From contig CAVSPA010000003.1 of assembly GCA_963729715.1 (NCBI GenBank), positions 160,001-224,000 on the forward strand: a stretch of DNA of 64,000 nucleotides. Direction: 5' to 3'. The notes under the pieces were generated by a model that saw only the letters and a list, made by a program, of their open reading frames with translations, had not been told where the DNA came from and did no database searches. The translations under genes were made by a program, and so were the position numbers. This document shows, in pieces, positions 36,587 to 47,829 of this stretch (the stretch's first letter is position 1; each line of letters opens with the position of its first letter). This stretch comes from an uncultured delta proteobacterium (GTDB lineage: Bacteria; Desulfobacterota; Syntrophia; Syntrophales; UBA2185).

Positions 36587-38158
36587 CTAATGTGTTCGAT
36601 AGCCGTAGCGTTCCTCGAAGATCGGGGCTGTCAGATTGTCCACCGGCACATAGTCATCGGTGAGGACAATGGAAGGCCGCTCGGCGAGATACTGCTGGAG
36701 CCGGTCCTGGGGCATAACGTGGGACATCACACCCTTGCCGTCCTTTTCCCCGATGAATTTAACGAAGTCATTCATGTCAACATGGCTCTTGCTCGCCACG
36801 ATAACACGGGTGCTGATGCCCTTATTTTCTTGATCAGGCTTCGAAGAGACAAGGTGGACATTTCCCCTGCCGAATACTTCTTCGAGCGTCCGGATGTAGG
36901 AAGGCATGAAGAGCCCCTTCTCGTAACTGTCAATTACATTGGCCATGAGTATGCCGTCCGGTTTCAGGAGCCGGGCCATCTGCAGGGCGAATTCCTTAGT
37001 AGTCAGATGGTAAGGAATGGAGAGATCATTAAATGCGTCTCCCACAATGAAATCATATTTTCCCTCGTCGGCTGAATTCATGACAAACCAGCGGCCGTCT
37101 TCGTTGAAGGACCTGATCCGCGTATTCTTGGGCACTCCGAGATATTCATGAGCCACCCGTGTTATTTCCGGATCAATCTCCACGACGTCGATCTCCGCCT
37201 TAGGATACATCAACTCCAGGGCGCGGGGCAGGGTATAGCCCCCGCCGCCGATGAACAGGGTCGCGAGGGTTCCCGACCTGTTCATCCTCCATCTCATAAG
37301 TTCTTCGTATATCCTGATGTATTCATAATCGAGATGGAAGGGGTCGTCATAGACATTTATGGAGTGTATGAGATGGTCCAGGACCAGCGCATCCGCCCAG
37401 GTCTGCTGGTCTCGTGTGAGGCACTTCCTTATCTGGAGGGTATAGTAGTCGCTTTCCTCGAAAAAATAGGTCTTGTCATCGACGGGCATTTTGAAGGCAT
37501 AACCATGGAATACCCAGGTGAGTGAAAGAATGATCACAGTAATAATAACAAGGAAAACGGTGGAGGGTTTTCTTCTCGTGACAAGGCCGCCGAAGATCAT
37601 GGCGGAAATTATCAGAATAATCCCTACGGTCAAAAGTAAATTTCTTGTTCCCATCCATGAGATGAGGAAAAAGCCTGTGGCAAAGGTTCCGATGATCGAG
37701 CCGAGTGTGGAAAAGGCATAGAGCTTTCCCACCACATTGCCTGTCTTTGCGAGGTTGTGAAGCGTAAGCTTGACGACGACAGGAGAAATCATGCCGAGGA
37801 TGCAGGAAGGGATGAAGAAAATAAATGTTGTGAGGATTAATATCCGTATCATCAGGGTCGTCTGAAAATGGGCCGCGCCGAGAAGATTTGTGAGCGGTGA
37901 AATGGAAAGAGCCCCTATGCCGGAAGCAAAAAGGAGCCAGCCGAGTGTCGAAGGCCGGGGAAACCGGTCGGCAAGCAAACCGCCCACATACGCACCTATG
38001 CTGATACCGGCAAGGACGACGCCGATAATGCTTGTCCATGTATAGAGGGACACGCCCACATGGGGCGCCATGATCCTTCCTGCAACCAGCTCAATAACCA
38101 GTGTGCAGAAGCTGGCGATAAAAATGACGATGTTTGCTTTGATAACTTCTTTTTGCAT
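36587..38158 (-). CDS. Fused MFS-like membrane domain / spermidine synthase
   Basis: N-terminal TMs (GVSLYTWTSIIG); IGGGGY; VEIDP; EDGR; GDAF; LTDDYVPVD. Confidence 0.9.
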   Translation of the reverse strand: MQKEVIKANIVIFIASFCTLVIELVAGRIMAPHVGVSLYTWTSIIGVVLAGISIGAYVGGLLADRFPRPSTLGWLLFASGIGALSISPLTNLLGAAHFQTTLMIRILILTTFIFFIPSCILGMISPVVVKLTLHNLAKTGNVVGKLYAFSTLGSIIGTFATGFFLISWMGTRNLLLTVGIILIISAMIFGGLVTRRKPSTVFLVIITVIILSLTWVFHGYAFKMPVDDKTYFFEESDYYTLQIRKCLTRDQQTWADALVLDHLIHSINVYDDPFHLDYEYIRIYEELMRWRMNRSGTLATLFIGGGGYTLPRALELMYPKAEIDVVEIDPEITRVAHEYLGVPKNTRIRSFNEDGRWFVMNSADEGKYDFIVGDAFNDLSIPYHLTTKEFALQMARLLKPDGILMANVIDSYEKGLFMPSYIRTLEEVFGRGNVHLVSSKPDQENKGISTRVIVASKSHVDMNDFVKFIGEKDGKGVMSHVMPQDRLQQYLAERPSIVLTDDYVPVDNLTAPIFEERYGYRTH

Positions 38159-38332
38159 GGATAGACCTCTTTTTAAAATTGCAATGAAAAAAACTCTCCG
38201 CGTTCGGGCACATTTGTGCCGAAAAGCTGTTCCGAATCAACGGCGTCGATATATAGCACGCAGAAGCAAATATGCAAAGTCGATTTATATATGGGTCATG
38301 GGAGGGCAATTCCTATTGATCCGCTTTGCTTC

Positions 38333-38361
38333 TTGACATCTTATGCTGATTTACCTACGAT
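38333..38361 (+). promoter_or_regulatory. Sigma-70 promoter of the UPF0182 gene
   Basis: TTGACA-17 nt-TACGAT, followed by a GGAGG RBS. Confidence 0.6.
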
Positions 38362-38383
38362 GAAGTTCTGGAGGAAAATAAAA

Positions 38384-41116
38384 ATGGCTAATTTCAAGGT
38401 TCCTCATCCCCGTATGCAAAACTTCAAGGTCGTGCTTCTCTTCATCGTTGTTTTCGGCGTATTCACCCTCTCCATGCAGGCGATCATGCTTATTACGGAC
38501 TGGCTCTGGTTTCAGGAGGTGGGCTATCAGGATATTTTTTACATCACCATTTTAACAAAATTGAAGATGGCAGCCCTCTTCGGCATGGCCTTTTTCATCA
38601 TCTTCTATTTCAACCTCTTCCTCGCGATGAGACTGTCCTCCCCGATAGTTGTCTTCGACGCGGGCGACACCGTCCAGGCGCCGCCGTGGGAGATAGAGGG
38701 CAAGAGACTGCAAGTGCTCATCTTGGCCGCTTCCGTTTTGCTGGCGCTTTTTGCCGCTTCGTACGGAACCGGCCAATGGGAGAATTTTTTGCTCTTTACG
38801 AACGCCACTCCCTTCGGTGTCGCTGATCCGCTCTTCCAGAAAGACGTCAGCTTTTATATCTTTAGCCTGCCCTTCTTGACGCACATTTACAGCTGGCTCG
38901 TGTTCACGATTATCGTCACGATTGTGGCGACAGGATTTATATATCTTACCCGCCGTTCCTTCCGCTTCATACCGCCCAGGACCTGGCAGGTTGCACCGCA
39001 AGCCAGAATGCACCTCGCCATGCTTGTGGCTGTGCTCTTCTTCTGGGGCATATTTGGCGTATGGCTGGAGTTGAACGAGATACTCTTTACGAAACGTGGG
39101 GTGGTTTTCGGTCCCGGCTATACGGAAGTCACTACTCAGCTTTGGGTCCTCAAGACCCTGATGGTGGTCTGTATCCTGTGTGGTCTGTCGGTGATTTATT
39201 ATGCATTTCGCCCCGACTGGCGCGTTCCCGCGGCAGCCATACTCGTATTTCTATTAGTTGCCATTGTCGGCCGAAACATATATCCAGCACTCGTACAGAA
39301 ATTCAAGGTTATTCCCAATGAGATAGTCCTCGAAATGCCGTACCTTGAAAAGAACATACAGTATACAAGAATGGCATATCAGCTTCATGATATTGAGGAT
39401 AAGGAATTCCCGGTGGAGGAAAACCTCACCAGGGAAGACCTGAGAAAAAATGACATTACCATGAAAAATATCCGCCTGTGGGATCATGGCCCTCTCCTCC
39501 AAACGTACAGCCAGCTTCAGGAGATGCGAACATATTATAAATTTACCAGTGTCCACAACGACCGCTACATAGTTAACGGGGAGTACCGTCAGGTTATGCT
39601 CTCACCCCGCGAGCTTTCCTACCAGGCGCTGCCGTCAAAGACGTGGGTCAATGAACACCTCACATACACCCATGGCTATGGCGCTGTTCTTGGCCCCGTG
39701 AATCGCATATCCAGTGAAGGTCTTCCGGAATTCTTCATCAAGGATATCCCGCCGGTCTCAACAACGGACGTAAAGATTACCCGACCCGAGATCTATTTCG
39801 GCGAGACGTCCAATGAATACGTCTTCGTCAAAGGAAAACGGCAGGAGTTCGACTATCCTGTGGGAGACAAAAATGTCTACTCCAACTATGGCGGCACGGG
39901 CGGCGTTCCCCTCTCATTCTGGAAGAAACTGCTTTTCGCAGCACGTTTCGGCTCTTTCACCATTCTTCTTTCTGACGACATCACTTCCGACAGCCGTGTG
40001 ATGTACTATAGGAAAGTCACAGAACGGGTCTCCCATATTATCCCCTTTATCGAGATAGATGGTGATCCGTACATGGTAATATCCCCGGAAGGTCGTCTTG
40101 TCTGGATATTGGACGGCTATACCGTGACGGATCGTTTTCCTTACTCCGAACCGAGCGCTCAGATGGGCAACTACATCCGCAACTCTCTCAAGGCAACTGT
40201 TGATGCCTATGACGGCTCGGTAAAGCTCTATGTAAGCGATGCAAAGGATCCTATTATACAGACCTACTCGAGAATATTTCCCGGGGTCTTCAAGACAATG
40301 GATGAGATGCCCGGCGAATTGAGAAGCCATATCCGCTACCCTCGGGCGATGATGGCTCTGCAGGCGCGCATGTACGGCGCATACCACATGCAGGATCCCC
40401 AGGTATTTTACAACAAGGAAGACCTCTGGACGATACCGGGTAAACATGTTTCTGGTCATGACTCGGAAATGGAGCCGTATTATACAATCATGAGGTTGCC
40501 GGGGGATAAGAAAGAAGAGTTCATCCTGCTGTTGCTTTTTACTCCGAGCAGGAAGGACAACATGTCGGCATGGATGGCGGTTCGCTGCGATCCCGCGAAC
40601 TACGGCAAGATGATCGTTTACAAATTCCCCAAACAGAAGCTGGTTTACGGACCGAGCCAGATCGAGGCCAGGATAGACCAGGATACGGAGATCTCCAGAC
40701 AGCTTTCCCTCTGGAACCAGAAGGGTTCGCAGGTCATACGGGGGAGGCTGCTCGCTATACCGATCGACAAGGCAATCATGTATTTTGAATCCCTTTACCT
40801 GGCGGCGGAAAAGGGGCAACTACCTGAATTGAAGAGAGTCATCGTGGCTTATGGCAACTCCATCGCCATGGAGGACAATCTCGAGACATCCCTGCAGCGA
40901 ATCTTCGGTGCCAAGGTGATGAAGGAAGAAAAATATCCCACTCTTGAGACAAGAGCTGTTCCTGCGGGAGAAAAGACGGACAGGCAAGCGGCCCTCGATG
41001 CGCTCGGTCATTACAGGAGGGCGCAGGAATACCTGAAGCTCGGCAACTGGGCCAGTTATGGAGAAGAGCTAAAGAAAATGGACGAGATCTTGAGAGCGAT
41101 AGAAAAAAAGAAATAA
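38384..41116 (+). CDS. UPF0182 family membrane protein
   Basis: DWLWFQEVGY; DPLFQKDVSFYIF; NIRLWD; YTHGYG; NYIRNSLKATVDAYDG. Confidence 0.93.
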   Translation: MANFKVPHPRMQNFKVVLLFIVVFGVFTLSMQAIMLITDWLWFQEVGYQDIFYITILTKLKMAALFGMAFFIIFYFNLFLAMRLSSPIVVFDAGDTVQAPPWEIEGKRLQVLILAASVLLALFAASYGTGQWENFLLFTNATPFGVADPLFQKDVSFYIFSLPFLTHIYSWLVFTIIVTIVATGFIYLTRRSFRFIPPRTWQVAPQARMHLAMLVAVLFFWGIFGVWLELNEILFTKRGVVFGPGYTEVTTQLWVLKTLMVVCILCGLSVIYYAFRPDWRVPAAAILVFLLVAIVGRNIYPALVQKFKVIPNEIVLEMPYLEKNIQYTRMAYQLHDIEDKEFPVEENLTREDLRKNDITMKNIRLWDHGPLLQTYSQLQEMRTYYKFTSVHNDRYIVNGEYRQVMLSPRELSYQALPSKTWVNEHLTYTHGYGAVLGPVNRISSEGLPEFFIKDIPPVSTTDVKITRPEIYFGETSNEYVFVKGKRQEFDYPVGDKNVYSNYGGTGGVPLSFWKKLLFAARFGSFTILLSDDITSDSRVMYYRKVTERVSHIIPFIEIDGDPYMVISPEGRLVWILDGYTVTDRFPYSEPSAQMGNYIRNSLKATVDAYDGSVKLYVSDAKDPIIQTYSRIFPGVFKTMDEMPGELRSHIRYPRAMMALQARMYGAYHMQDPQVFYNKEDLWTIPGKHVSGHDSEMEPYYTIMRLPGDKKEEFILLLLFTPSRKDNMSAWMAVRCDPANYGKMIVYKFPKQKLVYGPSQIEARIDQDTEISRQLSLWNQKGSQVIRGRLLAIPIDKAIMYFESLYLAAEKGQLPELKRVIVAYGNSIAMEDNLETSLQRIFGAKVMKEEKYPTLETRAVPAGEKTDRQAALDALGHYRRAQEYLKLGNWASYGEELKKMDEILRAIEKKK

Positions 41117-41145
41117 GATATATTTTTAGAAGGGATGAGAGGGCG

Positions 41146-41648
41146 ATGCAAAAAAATGGAAACGAATTCCTTGCGCTTTGTGCATTTTGATCCTGCTTTC
41201 GTTTGCAGGGTGTGCCACTATAAGTTTCAAGAATTATGGCAGTATCGTGCCTGACGGGGGCGTCACGGATGCTTTTGACAAGTATCAGGTCAATCCCAGC
41301 TATAACTATTATTACAGTGGGTCCGAAGTCTATCCCAGCGCGGTTATAAGTCTGGACAAGGCCTACGCACTCGATTCCGATCTTTGGAAGAAAGTCGATA
41401 TGACGCCCGCGAAGCTCCGAGAGATTGTGATGAACATGAAGAACAAGGCCGCAACCGTGAACTTCATGGCGCCTCTCCACGGGTTTGTGATGTTGGATGA
41501 CAGAGGCAAACAGATCGGGGTCTGGTAGTCCATCCTCGAGGCCAAGACATCCCTGAAAATGAAAGACAGCAGCACCGTGATAATTGATACGCCAGACATC
41601 AATACATGGTTGAGATTTGAAGACGGCAGCCGTCTTCAAACGAAATGA
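41146..41648 (+). pseudogene. Lipoprotein gene with a poly-A frameshift and an internal TAG
   Basis: ATG 41146 is out of frame across an A7 run (41150-56); one extra A gives MQKKWKRIPCALCILILLSFAGC. The TAG at 41526-28 is followed by 39 sense codons to TGA 41648. Confidence 0.72.
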
Positions 41649-41682
41649 GTATGATCTGACGGCTCATAATTGCAGAAGTGAT

Positions 41683-41732
41683 AAAAAACCCCCTTGCTCC
41701 TAATTTATATCGTAATAGGGAACAAGGGGTTT
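41683..41732 (-). terminator. Probable terminator downstream of alaS
   Basis: AAACCCCCTTG...CAAGGGGTTT with A6 on +. Confidence 0.6.
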
Positions 41733-41764
41733 CCTCAATCTGAGAGCCTGCATTGATACGGGCG

Positions 41765-44395
41765 TCAGATCATCTTCGCCAGCTTGTCTATGGCCTTCTT
41801 TACGTTTTCGGGCTGCGGCCCTCCGGCTTGGGCCATATCCGGCCTGCCGCCGCCGCTGCCGCCGATGACGGGTGCGATCTCCTTGATGATATTCCCCGCG
41901 TGGTATTTGTCCGTTAGGTCTTTTGTCACCATACAAAGGAGCGTGGCCTTATCTGCGGCCTTGCTTCCGAGAAGGATGATGCCCGACTGGATTTTATCCT
42001 TAAGTCTGTCGCCGAGGTCGCGCATGGTCTTCGCGTCAGTCGCGTCTACCACGGCGGCAAGGACGCTTATTCCTTTTACCTTCTTGACCTTCTTGACAAG
42101 AGCCGCCATGTCTTTTGCGGCAAGCTTGACCTTAAGCGCTTCTATCTCTCTTTCCATATCTTTCTGATGCCTGAGTAGCTTCTCAACTCTTTCTGCAAGC
42201 TCCAGGGGATTCGCTTTCAAAAGCGACGCCGTTTTCTTCAACTCCCCTTCGACATCATGCACGTATTTCAAGGCCGCCCTTCCCGTCACGGCCTCGATTC
42301 TCCTCACGCCGGCTGCTATGGCTGATTCATGGATGACCTTGAGGAGACCGATGTTCCCTGTGTTCAACACATGGGTGCCGCCGCAGAGCTCCATGCTGAC
42401 GTCGCCCATTTTGACGACTCTGACCTCTTCCCCGTACTTTTCGTCAAACACGGCCTGGGCCCCCGTCTTCATCGCCTCTTCGCGGGCAAGAATATTGGTT
42501 TGAACGGGCACATTGCTCCTGATTATTTCATTGGCGATGGACTCAATCCTGTCGAGTTCTTCCTCTCCGACCCTGGAAAAATGGGTGTAGTCGAAACGGA
42601 GCCGCTCCGGGTTGACGAGGGACCCGGACTGTTTGACATGATCGCCGAGGACGCTGCGGAGCGCGGCGTTCAGGACATGTGTGCCGGAGTGATGGGCCTC
42701 CGTCGCCCGCCTCACCCCTCTGTCCACCTTCAGGGTTGCGTCCTTGCCCGTCTTTACTTCCCCTTTCTTCAGCTTCCCTATATGCGTAATCAAATCCTCG
42801 ACGGGACGCTGCGTATCCCATACCTCAAAGACAAATCCATCTCCTTGAATGATTCCGGTATCGCCGACCTGTCCGCCGGCCTCGCCGTAGAAGGGGCTCC
42901 CCGCAGTGAATATCTCTGCCTTTTCCCCTTCTTTCAGATTCTCCACCAATTCATCATTTTTCAGGATGGCCAGGATATTCGAACGCGCCTCTGTCACGCC
43001 TTCGTAGCCGACGAATTGCGTCTTGATCCCTTGGAGGGAAAGTTTCTGGTAGCTCGCGGACACGGCCTTTTCGCCGCTGCCCTTCCATGATTCCCTTGCC
43101 TTTTCCCGCTGAACCTCCATGGCTTGCTCAAATCCTTCCATGTCGACGGTGAGGCGGTCTTTCTTTACGATATCCGCAGTCAAATCAACGGGGAAGCCGA
43201 ATGTGTCATAGAGTTTGAAAACGACATCTCCCGGGACAATTGTTTTTCCCGTTTTCTTGAGTGCCGAGACTTCATCGCTCAGTATTTTCAAACCCGCATC
43301 GAGGGTCTCGATAAAGCGCTGTTCTTCATTGAAAATGACTTTCTTCACATATGCTTCTTTATCGATCAAGTCGGCATAGACGTCCTTCATCCCATCTACA
43401 ACCACAGAGGCAACCTCATGCAAAAACGGCTTGTTTATGCCGAGCAGCTTGCCGTGGCGGGCGGCTCTCCGGAGGATCCTGCGGAGCACATAGCCTCGCC
43501 CCTCGTTGCTCGGAAGAATCCCGTCTCCTATCAAAAAAGTTACTGCCCGGCTGTGATCGGCAATGACCCTGGTCGAAGTATCGGTCTCCTCGTTGGCGCC
43601 GTATTTCTTGCCGCTAATCTTTTCCACAAACCGAATAATGGGCTGGAAGAAATCCGTGTCGTAGTTGCTCTTCGCTCCCTGGACCACTGCTGCCAGACGC
43701 TCCAGCCCCATACCTGTATCGATATTCGGTTTCGGCAGGGGATTAAAATTACCATCTTTATCACGATCGAACTGCGTAAATACATGGTTCCAGATTTCCA
43801 GATGACGATCGCATTCACAGAGCACGCTGCATTCCTTCCTGCCGCAACCAACCTCCGGTCCCTGGTCATAAATAATTTCCGAGCAGGGGCCGCACGGACC
43901 GGTTTCACCCATCATCCAGAAGTTACTATCCATCCCCATACGGACAATCCTTTCGGCAGGAACGCCCATTTCCTTGTTCCAGATCTCGAAGGCCTCATCA
44001 TCATCTTTGTAAATGGTAATCCAGAGTTTCTCCTTGAGAAGACCCATTTTATTCGTGAGGAAATCCCATCCCCAGAAAATGGATTCCTTCTTGAAATAGT
44101 CGCCAAAGGAAAAATTCCCGAGCATCTCAAAAAAGGTGTGATGGCGGGCCGTATAACCGACGTTTTCCAGGTCATTGTGTTTTCCGCCGGCGCGGACGCA
44201 CTTCTGGGAGCTTGTCGCCCTTGTGTAACCTCGATCCTCCAAACCCAGAAAGCAGTTTTTAAACTGTACCATTCCCGAATTGGTAAAAAGGAGCGTGGGA
44301 TCATCCTTAGGGATAAGCGATGAACTCGGCACAACAGTATGTCCGTTCTCCTCAAAGTATTTTAAGAACCTCTCCCTGATTTCACTCCCCTTCAT
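41765..44395 (-). CDS. alaS: Alanine--tRNA ligase
   Basis: DPTLLFTNSGM; RHHTFFEMLGNFSFGDYFK; IDTGMGLER; ELCGGTH; GGGRPDMAQAGG. Confidence 0.99.
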   Translation of the reverse strand: MKGSEIRERFLKYFEENGHTVVPSSSLIPKDDPTLLFTNSGMVQFKNCFLGLEDRGYTRATSSQKCVRAGGKHNDLENVGYTARHHTFFEMLGNFSFGDYFKKESIFWGWDFLTNKMGLLKEKLWITIYKDDDEAFEIWNKEMGVPAERIVRMGMDSNFWMMGETGPCGPCSEIIYDQGPEVGCGRKECSVLCECDRHLEIWNHVFTQFDRDKDGNFNPLPKPNIDTGMGLERLAAVVQGAKSNYDTDFFQPIIRFVEKISGKKYGANEETDTSTRVIADHSRAVTFLIGDGILPSNEGRGYVLRRILRRAARHGKLLGINKPFLHEVASVVVDGMKDVYADLIDKEAYVKKVIFNEEQRFIETLDAGLKILSDEVSALKKTGKTIVPGDVVFKLYDTFGFPVDLTADIVKKDRLTVDMEGFEQAMEVQREKARESWKGSGEKAVSASYQKLSLQGIKTQFVGYEGVTEARSNILAILKNDELVENLKEGEKAEIFTAGSPFYGEAGGQVGDTGIIQGDGFVFEVWDTQRPVEDLITHIGKLKKGEVKTGKDATLKVDRGVRRATEAHHSGTHVLNAALRSVLGDHVKQSGSLVNPERLRFDYTHFSRVGEEELDRIESIANEIIRSNVPVQTNILAREEAMKTGAQAVFDEKYGEEVRVVKMGDVSMELCGGTHVLNTGNIGLLKVIHESAIAAGVRRIEAVTGRAALKYVHDVEGELKKTASLLKANPLELAERVEKLLRHQKDMEREIEALKVKLAAKDMAALVKKVKKVKGISVLAAVVDATDAKTMRDLGDRLKDKIQSGIILLGSKAADKATLLCMVTKDLTDKYHAGNIIKEIAPVIGGSGGGRPDMAQAGGPQPENVKKAIDKLAKMI

Positions 44396-44876
44396 CAAGT
44401 AAACCCTCCTTCGATCTATTCAATATCTCAAAAATCAGGCCCGGCGGAAAACCCTTTCCCATCAGGCTCTGCGCTAATCTCCTTCTTTCTCTATCATCAA
44501 TCTTCCAGGCGCCGCTGTCCAGCTTTTTTCTGATCAAAAGAATGACAGCCTTCTGCTCCGGCAGTTCTTCCCGCACCTCAGTCAGAACCTGCCTGATCAG
44601 AGGCTGCGGAATCCCCTTTTCCACGAGACTTGCTTCAATCCTTCGGTTGCCAAAAAGCTTGTTCACCGCAAGATTCCGGGCCCACTGTCTGGCAAACGAT
44701 TCATCATCGAGATAGTTGAGTTCCCGGAGCCTTGCTGCTACTTCCTCCACTATGGATTCGTCAAACCCCTTTTCTTTCAATTTGGCCCGCAATTCTTTTT
44801 CACTCCTTGCCCGCATGGCAAGGAGCCGAAAGGCCCGTTGCTTTGCTTTTTCCAGAGGTGGGGCTTCCTTCGGCAT
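44382..44876 (-). CDS. recX: Regulatory protein RecX
   Basis: LLAMRARSEKELRAKL; YLDDESFA; located between recA and alaS. Confidence 0.93.
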   Translation of the reverse strand: MPKEAPPLEKAKQRAFRLLAMRARSEKELRAKLKEKGFDESIVEEVAARLRELNYLDDESFARQWARNLAVNKLFGNRRIEASLVEKGIPQPLIRQVLTEVREELPEQKAVILLIRKKLDSGAWKIDDRERRRLAQSLMGKGFPPGLIFEILNRSKEGLLDEGE

Positions 44877-44890
44877 GCCTTCTTCGACCC

Positions 44891-45892
44891 TTAGCCCGCA
44901 AGACCGATCTTTTCCCGAACTTCATCTTCAAGCTGCTTTAGAATATCCTTATTCTCTTTGAGGAAGACACGTGAATTATCCCTTCCCTGGCCGACCCTCT
45001 CGCCTTTATAGGAATACCAAGCCCCGCTTTTTTCGACAATGCCATTTTCCACGGCAAGATCGAGAATATCCCCCTCTCTCGAAATACCTTCCCCAAAGAT
45101 AATATCGAATTCCGTTTCCCGGAAAGGCGGGGCGACCTTATTCTTGACCACCTTGACCTTTGTTCGGAATCCGATGATCTCCTGCCCTATTTTGATGGAT
45201 GTCATCTTCCTTATGTCGAGGCGCATGGAAGAATAAAATTTGAGGGCATTGCCTCCCGTCGTGGTTTCCGGACTGCCGAAGAACACGCCTATCTTCATTC
45301 TGATCTGGTTTATGAAGATCACCGTGGTCTTGGACTTGCTGATACTGCCTGTGAGCTTACGTAGCGCCTGCGACATTAGCCGGGCCTGGAGCCCCATCTG
45401 GGCATCCCCCATCTCTCCCTCGAGTTCCGCCTTGGGCACTAAAGCGGCAACAGAATCGATGACGAGGATATCCAGTGCCCCGCTTCTCACGAGCGTCTCT
45501 GCAATCTCCAGGGCCTGCTCACCTGTATCCGGCTGGGAAATGAGGAGATCGTCCGTATTGACACCGATCCTTTTCGCATAGCCTACATCGAGGGCATGCT
45601 CTGCGTCGATGAAGGCAGCGAGGCCATTTCTCTTCTGAGCTTCCGCGATGATATGGAGGGCCAGGGTTGTCTTGCCGCCCGCCTCAGGGCCGTATATTTC
45701 TATGACCCTCCCGCGGGGAACCCCTCCCACGCCGAGGGCGAGGTCAAGGCTCAGTGATCCCGTCGGAATAACGGCGATGTCAGATACGTATTCACTCCCC
45801 CCCAGTCTCATGATGGAACCTTTTCCAAACTGCCTCTCGATCTGCGTGATAGCCAGTTCTACCGACTTTTCTCTATCGATATCTGATGCCAT
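44891..45892 (-). CDS. recA: Recombinase RecA
   Basis: [49 protein letters not shown] before ATG 45892. Confidence 0.99.
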   Translation of the reverse strand: MASDIDREKSVELAITQIERQFGKGSIMRLGGSEYVSDIAVIPTGSLSLDLALGVGGVPRGRVIEIYGPEAGGKTTLALHIIAEAQKRNGLAAFIDAEHALDVGYAKRIGVNTDDLLISQPDTGEQALEIAETLVRSGALDILVIDSVAALVPKAELEGEMGDAQMGLQARLMSQALRKLTGSISKSKTTVIFINQIRMKIGVFFGSPETTTGGNALKFYSSMRLDIRKMTSIKIGQEIIGFRTKVKVVKNKVAPPFRETEFDIIFGEGISREGDILDLAVENGIVEKSGAWYSYKGERVGQGRDNSRVFLKENKDILKQLEDEVREKIGLAG

Positions 45893-45948
45893 AATCACCT
45901 CCATAAAAAATAAAAATAAATCATATTACCAATCCTCAATCTGCCTGC

Positions 45949-46530
45949 TCATTCGGGGAAAGGGAAGTATGAGAGTTTCGTGTAAATCGCCCCCGTTGGC
46001 TTCAGATCACTCTTGAAGAGCGTGAGGCCACTGACAGTAAAGTTCCCCGCAACGTAATCTTCATTTTTTTTCACAGTTTCTGCAAGTCCAACCAATCCCT
46101 TGGGCTCCTTAACGCGCGCGAGGGTCAGATGCGGCTGGAAGGGCCTGTCCTCTTTCTTAAAACCATACTCCTGAAACCCTGTATCAATTTCTGCCTGAAG
46201 GCTGATGAGCGCATCTGTGTCGCCGTCAATCCCCAGCCATACAACCCGGGGCCGGTTCACGCTCGGAAATGCCCCGATATTTCTTACATTCAGCATCAGC
46301 GCCTTCATGTTTGCCAAGCCATCTTTTACCACACGGGAAATATGTGCAATATCCGATTCATAAACATAGCCAAAAAATTTCAGTGTCAGATGGATGCCCT
46401 CCGGTCTCACCCAGCGTATGTTCCCGTGTATGACTTTTATTAACCGTTCCTGAATCTTGATAATCTCTCTGAATATTTCCTCAGGAGGGTCGACAGCCAG
46501 AAACGCCCTTATGGCTTTCTCATCGCTCAT
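45949..46530 (-). CDS. thpR: RNA 2',3'-cyclic phosphodiesterase
   Basis: Two HxT motifs (HLTLKF, HLTLAR). Confidence 0.93.
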   Translation of the reverse strand: MSDEKAIRAFLAVDPPEEIFREIIKIQERLIKVIHGNIRWVRPEGIHLTLKFFGYVYESDIAHISRVVKDGLANMKALMLNVRNIGAFPSVNRPRVVWLGIDGDTDALISLQAEIDTGFQEYGFKKEDRPFQPHLTLARVKEPKGLVGLAETVKKNEDYVAGNFTVSGLTLFKSDLKPTGAIYTKLSYFPFPE

Positions 46531-47779
46531 GTTGAAGCTCGCCTGTCAGGTATCTCTTAAGCATTATGAGTGCCGCCTGGGACATCATCGTCTTGTTTCT
46601 CCGTCGGTCCCACCGGAAGGTGTGATGCCGGCAGAAGGTTATCGTTCCATCTGCGAGGGCGATAAAAACAGTTCCCACGGGCTTCTCCGCCGTTCCGCCC
46701 GTAGGGCCGGCGATCCCCGTTGTTGAAATTCCGAGATTACATTTCCCGAGTTTTCTTACGCCCTCTGCCATTAAGACGGCGGTCTTCTCGCTTACGGCGC
46801 CGAATTCTTTCAGCACATCTTCCGGCACTCCGAGGAGGTCGGCTTTGCAATCATTGCTGTAGGCAATGACGCCTCTTTCGAGAAAGGCGGAACTGCCGGG
46901 CACATCCGTAAGACGATCGGTGATAAGACCACCTGTGCAAGACTCGGCAACGGCAAGGGTCAGTTTCTTGTCCGTCAGGAGCCTGGCAACGATGCCTTCG
47001 AGGGTATCTTGATCATATGCGAAGATATATTGCTTAAGCCTTTGTGATACGCGCCCAGCGGCGGCTGTGATGCTTTCCTTCGCATCTTTTTCCGTTGCGG
47101 CAATCGCCGTGAGGACAATCTGTATCTCCGGGAAGTTCGGATAAAAACCGATATTCACTCCGAGGCCGGCGAAATCAACATCCGCAAGAAGCTGATCCAC
47201 ATTAGCTTCGGTAATGCCGGATAATTTGACAGTCCTGCTTTCCACATGCCCTGCTTCGTCCTTAAATTCCTTCCTGAGGATAGGGATGACGCCGTCGGGG
47301 ACCATCCTCTTCGCTTCCGAGGGCACTCCGGGAACGACAGCTATTATCTTCCCATCTCGCTTGAGAGCGTATCCCCAGGCCATTCCCACAGGATTCTTTA
47401 TCGTCTCCGCTCCCTCCGGAACGTGGGCCTGCTTCTCATTATTTGCCGTCCATTTGAGCTGAAATGTTTCAAATCTGTCCCGGATATGTTTGAGGGCAGC
47501 CTGATCGGTATAAATGCCGAGACCAAAAGCCCTGGCTACGGCGGAAGTGGTGATATCATCTGCCGTGGGACCGAGGCCGCCTGTGACGAGAACGGCATCG
47601 GAAAGGGACATGATGTGATCAAGTCCCGTCTTTATTGAGCCCTCATCATCGGGAACGGACATTATGATCGATGTCTGCCACCCCTGTGCTTGCAGCTGGC
47701 GGGCAATGAAGGAAGAGTTTGTATCCTGTGTCTTCCCGCTCGTCAATTCGTTGCCGATGGTCAATATGCCGACTTTCAT
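46520..47779 (-). CDS. cinA: CinA (MoCF-like domain + NMN deamidase PncC)
   Basis: IGNEL..G...DTNS; TGGLGPTADDIT; AESCTGG; TGIAGP. Confidence 0.95.
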   Translation of the reverse strand: MKVGILTIGNELTSGKTQDTNSSFIARQLQAQGWQTSIIMSVPDDEGSIKTGLDHIMSLSDAVLVTGGLGPTADDITTSAVARAFGLGIYTDQAALKHIRDRFETFQLKWTANNEKQAHVPEGAETIKNPVGMAWGYALKRDGKIIAVVPGVPSEAKRMVPDGVIPILRKEFKDEAGHVESRTVKLSGITEANVDQLLADVDFAGLGVNIGFYPNFPEIQIVLTAIAATEKDAKESITAAAGRVSQRLKQYIFAYDQDTLEGIVARLLTDKKLTLAVAESCTGGLITDRLTDVPGSSAFLERGVIAYSNDCKADLLGVPEDVLKEFGAVSEKTAVLMAEGVRKLGKCNLGISTTGIAGPTGGTAEKPVGTVFIALADGTITFCRHHTFRWDRRRNKTMMSQAALIMLKRYLTGELQHER

Positions 47780-47829
47780 ACGAATATATCTTCGATCAGA
47801 AAAAATATTCTGCCATACAATCTGAGATT

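Noticed and set aside
22517..41528. Pyrrolysine or amber recoding suggested by two in-frame TAG codons
   Set aside because: Both are one substitution from plausible sense codons (TGG, TAY), one gene also has a frameshift, TAG ends many normal genes here, and no pyl genes are in the window.
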